64,000 bases of DNA from assembly GCA_963973455.1 (NCBI GenBank), contig CAXAZF010000009.1, forward strand, positions 36,984 to 100,983, in the 5' to 3' direction. Under the pieces are notes generated by a model. That model did no database searches, was not told the DNA's origin, and saw only the letters and a program-made list of their open reading frames with translations. The first letter of the stretch is position 1, and each line of letters opens with the position of its first letter. Source of the DNA: an uncultured Flavobacteriaceae bacterium. Its GTDB lineage: Bacteria > Bacteroidota > Bacteroidia > Flavobacteriales > Flavobacteriaceae. A program made the position numbers and the translations under genes. Shown here one piece after another: positions 26,333 through 34,744 of the stretch.

Positions 26333-26859
26333 GTTTGAATGATGAAATAGCAGAGTTTGAAAAGCTGCAGCGTGAAAAGCAACAGGAAATGATGACGCCC
26401 GGTTGCGTTTGGGCCACGGTTAAAGAGGTAGATTGGGATGGCAAAACAATGACCGCCATAGGCGTTGAGGACGATCTTGAATATTATGATGTGCAGTTAG
26501 GGCTTGGAGCCTATTACCGAAAGCCGGTAGTAGATAGCAAAGTGATGTTGGGCGTGCCAGAGCTGCAGAAAAATGAAACATTTTTAATTGAATGTGAAGC
26601 ATTCGAGGAGGCGATTTACGTAAGTGGCGATACCACTTTTGTTATTAAAAAAGAAGGGTTCATTATTAACCAAGGGAATGAAAATTTAAAGGATGTATGG
26701 AATGATTACTTCGCGCAATTTGGGAAGCTCTGTGATGAGTTAAACAAGGTTGTGGTAAGTGTAGGTGTTACGCCAAATGTACCGGCCATAACCGCGATAA
26801 AAACCGAAGTAACGACAAACTTAAAACAACGTTTAAACACCATTTTAAAAGACTTATAA
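26329..26859 (+). CDS. baseplate spike/gpV-like protein
   Basis: N-terminal OB-fold-like 'ATVKEVD','KPVVDSKVMLG'; follows hub. Confidence 0.65.
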   Translation: MSLNDEIAEFEKLQREKQQEMMTPGCVWATVKEVDWDGKTMTAIGVEDDLEYYDVQLGLGAYYRKPVVDSKVMLGVPELQKNETFLIECEAFEEAIYVSGDTTFVIKKEGFIINQGNENLKDVWNDYFAQFGKLCDELNKVVVSVGVTPNVPAITAIKTEVTTNLKQRLNTILKDL

Positions 26860-27050
26860 TGCCGATAAATTGGAATAACATACGAACAAAGTGGAAGCAG
26901 GCAATGAAAGACCCGAAGACCGCCAACAATGTAGATGAAGTAGTTGATGAGATGGTCGATGTTTTACAAACTGAAATGGGTAATGCGCAAGTTTCTGGAA
27001 GCACCAGTGATGGAGCAACCATTGTAGCACCCACAACACAAATAACGTAA
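26859..27050 (+). CDS. small hypothetical baseplate-region protein
   Basis: Coupled at both ends. Confidence 0.55.
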   Translation: MPINWNNIRTKWKQAMKDPKTANNVDEVVDEMVDVLQTEMGNAQVSGSTSDGATIVAPTTQIT

Positions 27051-27352
27051 TGGCCATAGATATTTTACTTGACGGAAACGATGATGTGCTGTTTGATGAT
27101 AACGGCGAATTGATATTAGGTGAAACCACCTTACAAGAAGTAGGCATTATTGCGCGGCTCAATAAAGGCGATTTAAAAAGTGATCCGCTATTAGGGCCAA
27201 ACCTAATTGAGTTGATCAACAGCAACGCGCCCAAGAGCGAAATACGCCAGCGATTGCGGTTGCATTTAGAACGTGACGGCAAGAGCTTGGATGATTTGGA
27301 AGATTTAATAGAGCTAATAACTAAAAACGATCAAGGCGATGCCATTAATTGA
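27050..27352 (+). CDS. baseplate wedge gp25/Mu gp46-like protein
   Basis: 'DILLD..DD','GDLKSDPLLGPNL'. Confidence 0.6.
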   Translation: MAIDILLDGNDDVLFDDNGELILGETTLQEVGIIARLNKGDLKSDPLLGPNLIELINSNAPKSEIRQRLRLHLERDGKSLDDLEDLIELITKNDQGDAIN

Positions 27353-27653
27353 AGGTAACAGACCGGCAACATTTAAAGCAATGCCCAACCAAAACTGGTT
27401 GGACTTAGCCATTGAAACTACCGGAAGTGTGGAAGGTGTGTTTTTGGCCTGTCTTGAAAATGGCACCCAAATAGATGGTGCTGCCGCCTTGCAAACTGAA
27501 TTTAAAACCCCATTACCAATCGTTAACCGTGAGGTATTGGACTTTTATATAGAACGTGGCGTAGTACCGGCCACCAACTTTGAAAATATTGATTTAACTG
27601 AAAAATGCATGTACTCCGTATGCGATTATGCTGAGGAGGGTTATTGGGAATAA
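27339..27653 (+). CDS. LysM/tail-X-like baseplate protein
   Basis: 'PNQNWLDLAIETTGSVEGVFLACLENG'. Confidence 0.6.
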   Translation: MPLIEGNRPATFKAMPNQNWLDLAIETTGSVEGVFLACLENGTQIDGAAALQTEFKTPLPIVNREVLDFYIERGVVPATNFENIDLTEKCMYSVCDYAEEGYWE

Positions 27654-27655
27654 TT

Positions 27656-30163
27656 ATGGCAAAACTGGATTTACACAAAAGATTAGAGCAAAGCTCACCA
27701 TTAGAAACGGCAAAACTGGATGCTAACTGGACAGCTATTGAAGACAAGATTGAGGAGCTTGAAAATGCTCAACAAACCGCTACCATCGAAAATCAATACG
27801 ATGATATTGCAGCTATGTTGGCCGATCAAAACAACCAAACCACAATGGCATTGCAATACGTGGATGATGCTACCGATGATCCTACGGTTGAGTATGATGA
27901 AGAAGACGAAACCGATGTAAAATATCGCTATTATGAAAAGCTCCCTACAAGTACCGGGATATTAGATAATTACCGAAAGCTTACCAATGAAGAGCAGCAG
28001 GATATTCAATTTGGTGTACAAAAAGTAGAAGATCAAAATGGGAATGAATTTAAGTCGGCTTTAAAGGTAGTCTATGGTGATGGTTTTACGGTTTCCAAAT
28101 TACCGGATGGAGGGTATCGAGTGGATTTTGAGGGGGGTGGATCTCAGGGAGTTTCATTACCAGATATTTATTTAGCATCAGATTATGACATTAAAGGTGA
28201 TGGAATAGATTTTACAACCGGAAGTATATCCAGTGGTTCGGCAAACTTAACTGTTACCGGTGCATCATTTACAAGCGCGGATATAGGTAAGGTAGTTGTT
28301 ATTAGAGGTGCAGGCACTTCTGATGACTATTTTAAGTCTTATATATTAAGTGTTACTAATTCAACTCAAGTAGTTTTAGAAGATAACGCTGTTACTACGG
28401 TAAGTGATGCCATAGGCTTCTATGGAACAGACGACACAGAAGCAATACAGACGTTAATAAATTTAGTTACAGCCAATGGCGGTGGCAAAATTATTTTCCA
28501 TCAGGGAATATTTGTTATCGATGGAGATTTAAAAAATGATGTAGGTGATAATAATATAGATTACAATTCACAAATATATATTCCATATCAAAGTTTTGCG
28601 GATATAAACAGGACAACAATTTCGTTTGAATCAAATATAATAACAAATGGACAGCACTCTGGAATTGTAACTGGTAGAAGGACTACAAATAATGGTTCTG
28701 TTATTCGAACAACCATAATAGGAAGTGGCACAAATCCTTCAATAATAGCTTCAAGAGGACTTATGACAGGTGTTCTTGCAGAGATTTATAATGCTGTTAC
28801 GGTTCATTTTAAAGGTTTAAATTTTCAATATACCCCATTTGGAAATGTGGCTCAAATAGGAGGTTTAAATTGGGCTTATGGTTATAATATTGTTGCTGAT
28901 GATATATCTGTAAACCCATACTACGACCAATTCAGTGATTTAGATGAACACAATGTAATAGATGTTTCTGGAATAATATTGCCTAAAAGGGCTTCAGGTG
29001 CTTTTAATCGCTTGAAGGGATGTTGGGTAAGTGCATTTACAAACGGAATAGTAATTGGCGACCACGCATATTTGTACCACAACCATACAGCAGGGTGTGT
29101 AAATGGTTTGAGATTTGATGAAATGTATCATCACGCTTATGTATATGGTCATTTAAGCCAATGGAATAAAATTCAAGTTCTAATAAATGAGGAGTGCTAT
29201 TTCCATATTCACGACTTAGATATAGAATGGAGCAATTATGGAGATTGGTTTGACTATCAATATTTATTATCTGATGTTAGTAACTTAGGTCACGGAATAA
29301 TAAATTACCACATATCTAGGTCGGGATTAGGATATAACAATAACGCTGAATTTGAAAGACTAGGGGGCACGAAAATTTTATGCAAGCCAGTAACTTTTGA
29401 AAATTCAAGCAGTTTGACAGTAACAGGCTCGACTGATACTGAAAAGTTAAACAGCCTTTTAACTACATTAAAAAATCTTGGTCATATATTTTATGAACCC
29501 ACAAGTTCTTTAATTTCTTATTATAGATTTAATAATGATTTAGTTGACCAAGTGTCTTCATTAAATGGTGCAGGTACAAGTATTTCTTATGCAACAGGAA
29601 AAGGTGGGGATGCCCTTGATTTAGCAGGTGGCACAAACTATGTAACTGTACCAGACGATGATAGTTTAAGTTTCCCATCACAAGCATTTAGTATTTCATT
29701 CCTTATTAATATAGACACAGCAACAGGCACCCAAACAATTATAAATAAAAGGGATGCTTCAAGTAATTTGGAGTGGGAGTTTCAATTAAATTCGGGCGTG
29801 CTAAGAATGTTTATGTTTTCTTCGACAGGAAATTATCTACAAATAAACAGTACCAGTATGCTTTCAACATCCACTTGGTATCACATAGTGTTTACTGATG
29901 GCGGAAGCAATATTTTAGCTGATAAAGAGATTTATATAAACAAAGTTTCCGAAACACTTACAAGTACTGGTAGTCTTGGTACGTACACAGGAACAACTAA
30001 TACTGTTTCCCCTTTATATATTGGAACAAAGGGAAGTTCTTTAGGTTCAAATTCACTTAACGGTAGGGTTCAGAGATTAGGTATATGGCAAGGTGATTTA
30101 AGCCAATCTGAGATTGATACTAATTATACCACAGAGTTTACAAATGAAAACGATTTAGTTTAA
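27656..30163 (+). CDS. tail fibre/spike with pectin-lyase-like beta-helix and C-terminal LamG domain
   Basis: 'GTDDTEAIQTLIN...GGGKIIFHQGIFVI' beta-helix start; 'SYYRFNNDLVD','FSISFLI','WYHIVFT','LYIG' LamG motifs. Confidence 0.8.
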   Translation: MAKLDLHKRLEQSSPLETAKLDANWTAIEDKIEELENAQQTATIENQYDDIAAMLADQNNQTTMALQYVDDATDDPTVEYDEEDETDVKYRYYEKLPTSTGILDNYRKLTNEEQQDIQFGVQKVEDQNGNEFKSALKVVYGDGFTVSKLPDGGYRVDFEGGGSQGVSLPDIYLASDYDIKGDGIDFTTGSISSGSANLTVTGASFTSADIGKVVVIRGAGTSDDYFKSYILSVTNSTQVVLEDNAVTTVSDAIGFYGTDDTEAIQTLINLVTANGGGKIIFHQGIFVIDGDLKNDVGDNNIDYNSQIYIPYQSFADINRTTISFESNIITNGQHSGIVTGRRTTNNGSVIRTTIIGSGTNPSIIASRGLMTGVLAEIYNAVTVHFKGLNFQYTPFGNVAQIGGLNWAYGYNIVADDISVNPYYDQFSDLDEHNVIDVSGIILPKRASGAFNRLKGCWVSAFTNGIVIGDHAYLYHNHTAGCVNGLRFDEMYHHAYVYGHLSQWNKIQVLINEECYFHIHDLDIEWSNYGDWFDYQYLLSDVSNLGHGIINYHISRSGLGYNNNAEFERLGGTKILCKPVTFENSSSLTVTGSTDTEKLNSLLTTLKNLGHIFYEPTSSLISYYRFNNDLVDQVSSLNGAGTSISYATGKGGDALDLAGGTNYVTVPDDDSLSFPSQAFSISFLINIDTATGTQTIINKRDASSNLEWEFQLNSGVLRMFMFSSTGNYLQINSTSMLSTSTWYHIVFTDGGSNILADKEIYINKVSETLTSTGSLGTYTGTTNTVSPLYIGTKGSSLGSNSLNGRVQRLGIWQGDLSQSEIDTNYTTEFTNENDLV

Positions 30164-30173
30164 ACATAAATTA

Positions 30174-31088
30174 ATGACAACAATAAACGACATACAAGAC
30201 GAAATTTGGACTGAAGTAGACAACAGTGCCGACCTACAGGCAACGGCTATTTTAACCCAAAAAGAGAAAGCATCTTTAACCGATGTTACCAGCACCAGTA
30301 GGGTGTCCTTTTTTAGGTTGTGGGTGTTTGTTGTGGCTACGGTTATTTGGGCGCGGCAACAGCTATGGGAAACCCTAAAGCAAGACATTGAAGACAGAAC
30401 GAGCGTTACACGCCCTTTTACAAAAGGGTGGTTTATACAGCAGACCCTTAACTATCAACACGGGCAAACCCTGCCGGAAAGTGGTATTTATGACAATGCC
30501 GGTTTGACAATTAAAGAGGTAGAAGAAAAGAAGATCGTGGCGCGCTCTGCAGTAGAAGAAAAAATTATAAGCGGTATAGGAACCTTACGTATTAAAGCAG
30601 CCCGTTTGGTAGATGATGAGTTAGAACGGTTAACTGGATCACAGCTTTCGGGTTTGCAAGCCTATTGGGATAAAATGACCGCTGCCGGCATTAGCGTAGT
30701 ATGTTCCAGTGATGATGCTGATTTGTTAAAGGTAAAGGTGGACATCTATTTTAAACCCGATCTATTGAGTGCTACCGGTAAACGCTTGGACGGTGCCGAT
30801 GACACCCCCGTTATAACGGCATTAAATAGCTATTTAAAAGCTAAAAACGTGAACGATTTTGATGGTGAAATATCCCTTAATGATCTTGAGAATGTTATGG
30901 AAGCTGTGGAAGGTGTGCATAGTGCGTTTATCACGTTGGCCAACTCAAAATACGGAATAGGATCGGTTTATGACACGGTTAATGCTGATAGGTACAGTGG
31001 AACCATCACGGATTTTAGGAAGCCAAATAGCGGTTATTTTAAACTGGATATTCCAGAATGTGAATTTAACTATACAGCCAAAGTATAA
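30174..31088 (+). CDS. baseplate J-like protein
   Basis: 'STSRVSFFRLWVFVVA','LRIKAA','PVITALNSYL','LENVMEAVEGV'. Confidence 0.7.
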   Translation: MTTINDIQDEIWTEVDNSADLQATAILTQKEKASLTDVTSTSRVSFFRLWVFVVATVIWARQQLWETLKQDIEDRTSVTRPFTKGWFIQQTLNYQHGQTLPESGIYDNAGLTIKEVEEKKIVARSAVEEKIISGIGTLRIKAARLVDDELERLTGSQLSGLQAYWDKMTAAGISVVCSSDDADLLKVKVDIYFKPDLLSATGKRLDGADDTPVITALNSYLKAKNVNDFDGEISLNDLENVMEAVEGVHSAFITLANSKYGIGSVYDTVNADRYSGTITDFRKPNSGYFKLDIPECEFNYTAKV

Positions 31089-31606
31089 TGATACCCAACG
31101 CAATATATACGGTAGATTTCAACAAGTTTGTGAAGCAGCTGTTGATCACTTTTTTACGCAAGGCTAAAACCTTGGCGTTGGTTCGTGCCGTGATAAAACC
31201 ATTGATTACCGGTTATACCGTTTTTGAAACTTTTAAGACCCGGCAAATATACATCACTGGTCACAACGCTCAAATAACATTGTTTCAGCAAGCTTTAAAC
31301 GATGGTTTTGATGCTACACAGCGGCGTATCTATATAGCCAATGCCGTTATTGAAGATACGGAGCATTACTATGATCCTGAGTACGGTGAACCCTTGTTTT
31401 TTTATGATGATGGCGATGGTGACCCACAATATTTTTTAGACCGTTCAACTTTTAACCAAACCGGTGGCAATTTTTCGGTTAACGTGCCAGTGGCGATGGA
31501 AGAAGCCGACCCAACTGATAAACTATTGTTTGAAACCGCTTTAAAGGCCGAAATAGAGCGTTATAAAATTTTTGGTACAACTTATACAATTAAATATTAT
31601 GCATAG
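31088..31606 (+). CDS. baseplate wedge/tail protein I-like
   Basis: 'QITLFQQALNDGFD...RRIYI','ERYKIFGTTYTI'. Confidence 0.6.
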   Translation: MIPNAIYTVDFNKFVKQLLITFLRKAKTLALVRAVIKPLITGYTVFETFKTRQIYITGHNAQITLFQQALNDGFDATQRRIYIANAVIEDTEHYYDPEYGEPLFFYDDGDGDPQYFLDRSTFNQTGGNFSVNVPVAMEEADPTDKLLFETALKAEIERYKIFGTTYTIKYYA

Positions 31607-32297
31607 ATTTATTATAGAAGAGAGTGGATTTCCAAAGAACCGGGAAACGCTAAAGGAATTTCAAGAGCAATTTACCAAGCCTATTGACGAGCTGTTAAAA
31701 TTGCTTCCCGGCAACCGCATATTGTGGGGCTGTGAAAAAGAAGATAACGGTGCCGGCAACGTGCTTATAAGTGCCGGACAAATAGTATATAATGGTGTAA
31801 TCTATGATATAGAAGCCTATGACGGTGCAGACACGAATTTAATATCGCTGTTTGAAACGATTGAGCAGGCTTCGTTTAACACAGGAACGGCACAAAGCCC
31901 GGTTTTGGATAACCGTGATTTTAAAACAGTGTGGAGTGGTCAATGGGGCGATGTAGCCAATAATGATCACTTGGTAAACATTACCACTTTAAGTCGAGGC
32001 CGTAAGGTTATGGAATACCTGGCATCGGGTACTACTTATTTAGGTTACCCTACCGGTGCCATTGGGGATTCCATATATGAAATACCCGTTAATACCACCA
32101 CGCGCGAATATTTTGTTTTAGGTACAGTACGACCTATAACGGGCGAAACGCTTCCGGGGGAAGTTCCTTTTTTAACACGTAATTATAGCACTACTCAATT
32201 TGAGTTGGTGATTAACAATGAAATAGAAAGCCAGCGACTTTTGTTTGACTGGATATTGGTCGCTAAAAATGACCCCACGTTTACCGAAGTAGAATAA
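31599..32297 (+). CDS. tail fibre/baseplate-associated protein
   Basis: ATG 31599; 'GFP...ETL...Q','ILWGC','GQIVYNGVIY'. Confidence 0.55.
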   Translation: MHRFIIEESGFPKNRETLKEFQEQFTKPIDELLKLLPGNRILWGCEKEDNGAGNVLISAGQIVYNGVIYDIEAYDGADTNLISLFETIEQASFNTGTAQSPVLDNRDFKTVWSGQWGDVANNDHLVNITTLSRGRKVMEYLASGTTYLGYPTGAIGDSIYEIPVNTTTREYFVLGTVRPITGETLPGEVPFLTRNYSTTQFELVINNEIESQRLLFDWILVAKNDPTFTEVE

Positions 32298-32312
32298 TAA
32301 ATAAGCAATGAT

Positions 32313-32837
32313 ATGAATTATTACGAAGCATACGCCCAAACCGCACTACCAAAAGTATTGTTTAAGTTGATCGCCACTAACGATGAAGAGCTGGCGGCCT
32401 ACCAAACCGAAATGGGCGGCAATTATAAACCCAACCTTGTGGTTGCAGAAACTCGCTTGATTGATGACCAAGACCCCGACTACATTGACTATGAGTATGG
32501 TATTTGTCATTTCAGAATAAACGAGGTAGATAATTTAGTGGAACGCTCTGCAGGCGAAATAAGCACTCAGCAGTCACAATTGGCAAGAGAAACTGAAATA
32601 AACAAAACGAATGATCTGGAGGTTACTTTTGCCGGTGAAACTTTTGATTATGACAGCCACGAATTTCCATTAACGGTTGCTGCACGTGAAGTATATAGAA
32701 TTGTAATTGAGGACGGTGCCACCACCAACATTCAATCTACCACCGGAAGCTACCCACTTCAAGACAGTGATATTGCTGATTTTAAAACCGCATATCATGC
32801 AAAGGTGAAAGCACTTTTAAATACTGCTATAAGCTAA
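32313..32837 (+). CDS. hypothetical tail-fibre-assembly-like protein
   Basis: Position after fibre gene; C-terminal helical domain. Confidence 0.45.
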   Translation: MNYYEAYAQTALPKVLFKLIATNDEELAAYQTEMGGNYKPNLVVAETRLIDDQDPDYIDYEYGICHFRINEVDNLVERSAGEISTQQSQLARETEINKTNDLEVTFAGETFDYDSHEFPLTVAAREVYRIVIEDGATTNIQSTTGSYPLQDSDIADFKTAYHAKVKALLNTAIS

Positions 32838-32838
32838 T

Positions 32839-33456
32839 ATGGATAATTGGTTGGAGATTTTACTTTCAATACTCGGCGGTGGTTCGCTTGTAGGTATATT
32901 GTCTTGGGTTATTTCTTTACGTAAAGACAAACGTGAAGGGATGAGTGCTGTTATCGAGTTATTTAAAGAAGATAATACCCGGTTACGCGATGAATTTAAA
33001 GAGTTGAAAACCGATTTTGATATGCACCGTGAAAATTCAAAAAAACGTGAGCAAGTTAATACTAAGACAATACAAAGCCTTCAGATAAAGCTTAATATTT
33101 TGGAAAGTGCACATCTTGATCTTCCAGTACCGCAATGGCTAAAGGATAAAAATGGGTATATGTTGAGTATTAATTCGGCCTATGAGGAAATTTTCGGGAT
33201 CACAGCTGATGAGTATGTTGGAAAGAAAGACCATGATGTTTGGAAAAAAGGAATAGCTGATGCTTTTTGCAAGCATGATAACATTGTAAAACGAACCCGA
33301 AAGCATATACAGACCCAAGAGAATGTGGAAAATGAATATCATTCCGGCTGTTGGGAAGTGTTGAAATATCCAAGGTATGAAGGTTCTACATTTATAGGAA
33401 TAGGCGGCATAGCTTTTAAATTAATAGAAGGGGGTTGCACCTCTGCAATGACATAA
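32839..33456 (+). CDS. holin-like TM + coiled coil + PAS-domain protein
   Basis: TM WLEILLSILGGGSLVGILSWVISL; heptad coil; PAS 'LPVPQWLKDKNGYMLSINSAYEEIFG....EYVGKKDHDVW....ADAF...D..V...WEVLKYP....IGIGGIA'. Confidence 0.75.
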   Translation: MDNWLEILLSILGGGSLVGILSWVISLRKDKREGMSAVIELFKEDNTRLRDEFKELKTDFDMHRENSKKREQVNTKTIQSLQIKLNILESAHLDLPVPQWLKDKNGYMLSINSAYEEIFGITADEYVGKKDHDVWKKGIADAFCKHDNIVKRTRKHIQTQENVENEYHSGCWEVLKYPRYEGSTFIGIGGIAFKLIEGGCTSAMT

Positions 33457-33458
33457 TT

Positions 33459-33656
33459 ATGAAAACAATAAGCAATTTCTGGCTATTTATAATAGCATCA
33501 ATCGTATTCGTGGCCACAGCGTTACTATTGCAAGATCATGAGCATTGTGGTACTGTATTGATTTTTGAGGGTGTATTGAGCGGCGCAAGAGGCGCAGGCG
33601 AGATATTGAAGACCTATCAAGTAGGGAAAACCAACCCCGAAAGGTTGCGTGTATAA
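33459..33656 (+). CDS. small membrane protein (holin/antiholin candidate), 65 aa
   Basis: TM FWLFIIASIVFVATALLL, second weaker hydrophobic segment, basic tail. Confidence 0.5.
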   Translation: MKTISNFWLFIIASIVFVATALLLQDHEHCGTVLIFEGVLSGARGAGEILKTYQVGKTNPERLRV

Positions 33657-33658
33657 AA

Positions 33659-33763
33659 CCCTCGGCTTACTTACAGTTTCTCACACTAATAAATAACAAA
33701 TCCATCACTGGAACCGAGGGCAATGCCTTTGAAGCCAAAGATGGATTTAATTAGTGTGAGAAA
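33659..33763. promoter_or_regulatory. structured element (long hairpin + pseudoknot) upstream of methylase
   Basis: 14-bp TTTCTCACACTAAT/ATTAGTGTGAGAAA, 9-bp AAATCCATC/GATGGATTT, 7-bp CCCTCGG/CCGAGGG. Confidence 0.7.
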
Positions 33764-33772
33764 TACAAATAT

Positions 33773-34591
33773 ATGAAAACGCCAATAAGTTACTACGGTG
33801 GTAAGCAAAATCTTATAACCACCATTTTACCCTTAATACCCAACCATACCACTTATACCGAAACCTTTGTTGGTGGCGGTGCTATTTTTTGGGCTAAGCC
33901 AAAAAGCGAAGTAGAGATTATTAACGATTACAACCGCGAGCTGATCAACTTTTACGAATGCGTGCAAAATGAGTTTGTAGAGCTTGAGAAGATGATACGT
34001 ATTAGCTTGCACAGCCGTTCGCTACACAGCGATGCAACGGTAATATATAATAACCCTCACATGTTTAGTAGATTGAAGCGTGCTTGGGCTGTATGGGTTT
34101 TAGCCGCTCAAAGCTTCAGCTCGATGCTTGATGGTACGTTTGGTTATGATAAAATACGAGGCACTACAAGCCAAAAGATAACCAATAAGCGCGATGCCTT
34201 TACTATTGACCTATCCATCCGGATGCAGAATGTTCAAGTAGAGAATACCGATGCATTGCGAGTTATCAATTCAAGAGATCACTCAGATGCCTTTCATTAT
34301 TGCGACCCACCTTATTTTAACAGCGATTGTGGCCATTATGATGGATATACTAAAGAAGACTTTGAAAACCTTTTAAAAACGCTTAAAATTGCAAAAGGAA
34401 AGTTTTTGTTAAGTAGCTATCCAAGTGATATACTTAACGATTACATAGAAGACTGTAATTGGAATGTAAAGCAATTGGAGCAGAGTGTGAGTGTAGCTAA
34501 TGGAACCGGTAAGCCTGCCAAGAAGAAAATAGAGGTATTAACTGCAAACTACGACCTTAGTAACCCAAAGGATGATTTAAAGCTGTTTTAA
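33773..34591 (+). CDS. Dam-like (D12 class) DNA adenine methyltransferase
   Basis: 'ISYYGGKQ','ETFVGGGAIFW','EIINDYN','YCDPPY'. Confidence 0.92.
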   Translation: MKTPISYYGGKQNLITTILPLIPNHTTYTETFVGGGAIFWAKPKSEVEIINDYNRELINFYECVQNEFVELEKMIRISLHSRSLHSDATVIYNNPHMFSRLKRAWAVWVLAAQSFSSMLDGTFGYDKIRGTTSQKITNKRDAFTIDLSIRMQNVQVENTDALRVINSRDHSDAFHYCDPPYFNSDCGHYDGYTKEDFENLLKTLKIAKGKFLLSSYPSDILNDYIEDCNWNVKQLEQSVSVANGTGKPAKKKIEVLTANYDLSNPKDDLKLF

Positions 34592-34611
34592 AGGGGCTTT
34601 AAAATTATTTT

Positions 34612-34660
34612 TGTGTACTATTTGTTTTGAAAGTGTGTACGATTTGATTTGCTGATTATA
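34612..34660. repeat. putative right end of transposable prophage: two 18-bp direct repeats
   Basis: TGTGTACTATTTGTTTTG (34612-34629) and TGTGTACGATTTGATTTG (34634-34651), then CTGATTATA. Confidence 0.6.
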
Positions 34661-34744
34661 CTTTTTTAAAAAAATGCTAAAGCCTTACTTTACTACCAGC
34701 CTTGTTAATATTTGCTTATTTTTGATATAAATGAAAAAAGCACT

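Larger units (their letters stand above)
1..34660. mobile_element. Mu-like transposable prophage (contractile-tailed), right-hand part; left end lies outside the window
   Basis: Transposase C-terminus + MuB-like ATPase, DUF3164, DUF935 portal, Mu gp36/gpF/gpG-like genes, sheath, tube, tape measure, baseplate, terminal methylase; abrupt switch to host gene gpsA after ~34,660. Confidence 0.93.

Noticed and set aside
27656-32837. Diversity-generating retroelement or invertible tail-fibre cassette
   Set aside because: No reverse transcriptase, invertase, template/variable repeat pair or flanking inverted repeats seen in the window
34612-34651. Direct repeats as a mini CRISPR array
   Set aside because: Only two 18-bp units with a 4-bp gap and no cas genes; fits transposase-binding sites better
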